Source: Gemmatimonadales bacterium
Lineage (GTDB): Bacteria > Gemmatimonadota > Gemmatimonadetes > Gemmatimonadales > GWC2-71-9
NCBI GenBank assembly: GCA_965250155.1
Contig: OZ252291.1
Coordinates: 708,583-772,582, forward strand
DNA: 64,000 nt
Direction: 5' to 3'
In this document: positions 62,283 to 64,000 of the stretch, one piece after another
Layout: every line of letters starts with the position of its first letter
Position numbering within the stretch: position 1 is the first letter of the stretch
Program-made: the position numbers and the translations under genes
The notes under the pieces: model-generated
What the model was told of the DNA's origin: nothing
The model's input: the letters and a program-made list of their open reading frames with translations, nothing else
The model's database searches: none

Positions 62283-64000
62283 ATGATCATGAAGTCCGGT
62301 ACAGCGGTGGCGAAGATGACCCTCGACGGGGAAGAAGTAGGCTTTACCCCCGGCGAGACGGTCTACGAGGTTGCGGAGCGCCACCGTAGGGAAATCCCGA
62401 CACTGTGCTACGATCCGCGGCTCGAGCCATTCGGGGGTTGCCGGCTGTGCGTGGTGGAGTTGGAGGGAGCCCGGGCCCCGGTCGCCTCCTGCACCACGAG
62501 GGCCGAGCCGGGCATGGTGATCCGCACCCGGACGGAAGCGATCGACGGGCACCGCAGAACCCTGCTCGAGATGGTGGCGTCGGAAAACCGGGAGAACGAT
62601 GTCGATCCGCTTCGCGGCTACGCATCGCAGGAGCTGGCCACCCTGCTCGATCGGTACGATGCCCGGACGGGACGTTTCGCCGGAAGTCACTCCGGCCGGA
62701 CCCGTGATGACGACGACAATCCGTTCATCCTACGAGACTACGATCTCTGCATCTCGTGCTACCGGTGCGTCCGCGTGTGCGCGGAGCAGCAGGGCGATTA
62801 CGCCATCAGCATCAAGAACCGGGGATTCGACACGGAAATCACGACGGAGTTCAGCGGATTACTGAGAGGATCCGCATGCGTGTTCTGCGGGCAGTGCGTT
62901 CAGACATGTCCGACAGGTGCCTTGGCCGATCGGAAGGCGTTGGCCAACGCGGAGGTCCCGGGTGAGATCGAAAAGACGCGAACGATTTGCCCGTACTGCG
63001 GGGTGGGATGCTCCATCGATGTCATGACGAAAAGCGAGAGGATCGTCGGCGTTCAGCCCGCAATGGACGGGCCCGCCAACGAGGGCGCGCTATGCGTGAA
63101 GGGGCAGTTCGCCTTCGATTTCGTCCATCATCACGAGCGGCTCGTGAGGCCGTACGTACGCGGTGAAGACGGGCGACTGCAGGAAGCCAGCTGGGAGGAA
63201 GCGCTGGACCGGGCGGCCCACGGGTTCCTCACGGCGGTGGACGAACACGGCCGCCACTCGGTGTACGGCGTCGCATCGGGGCGGGCGCCGCACGAGGCCG
63301 CCTACACCATGCAGAAGTTCATTCGTGTGGGGTTTGGCACCAATCAAATTGACAACTGTAGCCGTGCTTGACACTCCCCTACGGTTGCCGGTCTGGCAGC
63401 CACGATCGGACGGGGCGCCATGTCGAACCCTCTGGCCGACATGGATAAACCCGATGTGATCTTTTGCGTCGGCACCAACATGACGGAGTGCCATCCCGTT
63501 GCGGCGACCCGGCTCAAGCAGGCGCTGGCAAGGGGGGCAAAGATGATCGTTGCTGACCCACGTCACATAGGGCTCGCGGACCTCGCGGATGTGTACCTAC
63601 CGATCCGCGTTGGCTCAGATGTGGCACTGTTGTTGGCCATGGCCCATGTGATCGCACGGGACGGCCTCGTCGATCCCGTTTTCATCGCGGAGCGCACCAC
63701 CGGGAGCGAAGCGTTTTTCGAGCACGTCCGTAAATTCACGCCCCAATGGGCTGAGACCATCACGGAGGTTCCGGCGGCCGATATCGAGAAGGCCGCGCGC
63801 ATGTACGGCGAGGCCGACAAAGGCGCCATCTACTACACGCTGGGCGTCACGGAGCACATCTGCGGCGTCGACAACGTCCAGAGTCTTTGCAACCTCGTAC
63901 TGATGACAGGAAACATCGGCCGCGAGGGCACAGGCATCAATCCGATGCGCGGCCAAAACAACATTCAGGGGGCCGGCGACTGCGGAGCGCTGCCCAACAA
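62283..64000 (+). CDS. formate dehydrogenase alpha subunit (NuoG-like N-terminus + molybdopterin domain), selenocysteine-containing; 3' partial
   Basis: CYDPRLEPFGGCRLC, CISCYRCVRVC, CVFCGQCVQTCP and CPYCGVGCS. The read-through NQIDNCSRA-U-HSPTVAGLAATIGRGAMSNP... continues open to the window end. An alternative start is MTLDGEEV at 62316. Confidence 0.85.
63383..63401 (+). promoter_or_regulatory. SECIS hairpin for the UGA at 63369-63371
   Basis: GGUUGCC (63383-89), loop GGUCU, GGCAGCC (63395-401), giving a 7-bp stem including one G-U pair. The core GGUUGC-GGUCUG matches the E. coli fdhF SECIS as I recall it, at the same distance from the UGA. Confidence 0.65.

Noticed and set aside
63369-63371. 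The TGA read as a genuine stop, making the FDH alpha subunit a split gene or pseudogene
   Set aside because: The frame stays open with strongly conserved FDH sequence for at least 630 nt afterwards. The codon sits at the known Sec/Cys active-site position, and an fdhF-like SECIS hairpin follows at the right distance.
1-64000. Search for tRNA, rRNA, tmRNA, transposase/integrase genes or prophage/defence modules
   Set aside because: I found no T-loop-like GGTTCGAATCC-type motifs, no rRNA-like stretches, and no recombinase, nuclease or ATPase defence signatures in the ORF translations. The absence was judged by eye only.

Overview
This is a GC-rich bacterial chromosomal window, densely coding on both strands, with about 65 protein genes. 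I recognise no rRNA, tRNA, CRISPR array, transposase or integrase. The gene content (T9SS translocon SprA, LptF/G, system I CcmABCD, VKOR-DsbA, aa3-type heme-copper oxidase) points to a diderm aerobe. It could belong to the FCB superphylum, for example Gemmatimonadota, but that is inference only.

Layout:
- 0.2-7.3 kb: sprA plus a glutaminyl-cyclase-like M28 gene.
- 7.3-16.7 kb: housekeeping genes (lptF/G-like, nadC, ctaA, M24 peptidase, ECF sigma with ZAS anti-sigma, flavin reductase, aquaporin).
- 16.7-20.3 kb: ccmDCBA-VKOR-dsbA.
- 20-35 kb: mixed genes (M16 peptidase, TPR protein, ctaG-SCO, Ser/Thr kinase, nhaA).
- 35.8-38.5 kb: a lipoprotein plus a ketosynthase whose catalytic Cys is replaced by Ser.
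- 38.6-54.2 kb: one co-directional 17-gene respiratory supercluster.
- 56.4-59.6 kb: a zone of gene remnants around an intact ferritin.
- 60.6-64.0 kb: an NAD-type formate dehydrogenase whose alpha subunit carries an in-frame UGA (selenocysteine) followed by an fdhF-like SECIS hairpin.

The best candidate for an undescribed system lies at 43.1-54.2 kb. It centres on an orphan cytochrome bd-like (CydA-family) membrane protein that lacks the Q-loop and has no CydB partner. That gene is translationally coupled to a NirJ/AhbD-like radical SAM/SPASM enzyme. The cluster holds four copies of a PCP_red-like (BchB C-terminal, tetrapyrrole-capping) domain spread over three proteins, plus a ferredoxin, an Mrp/NBP35 Fe-S carrier, three c-type cytochromes and a cupredoxin. 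All of this sits directly upstream of coxBACD-ctaB.

All family assignments come from motif recognition by eye, and start codons were chosen manually. No HMM or BLAST search was run.
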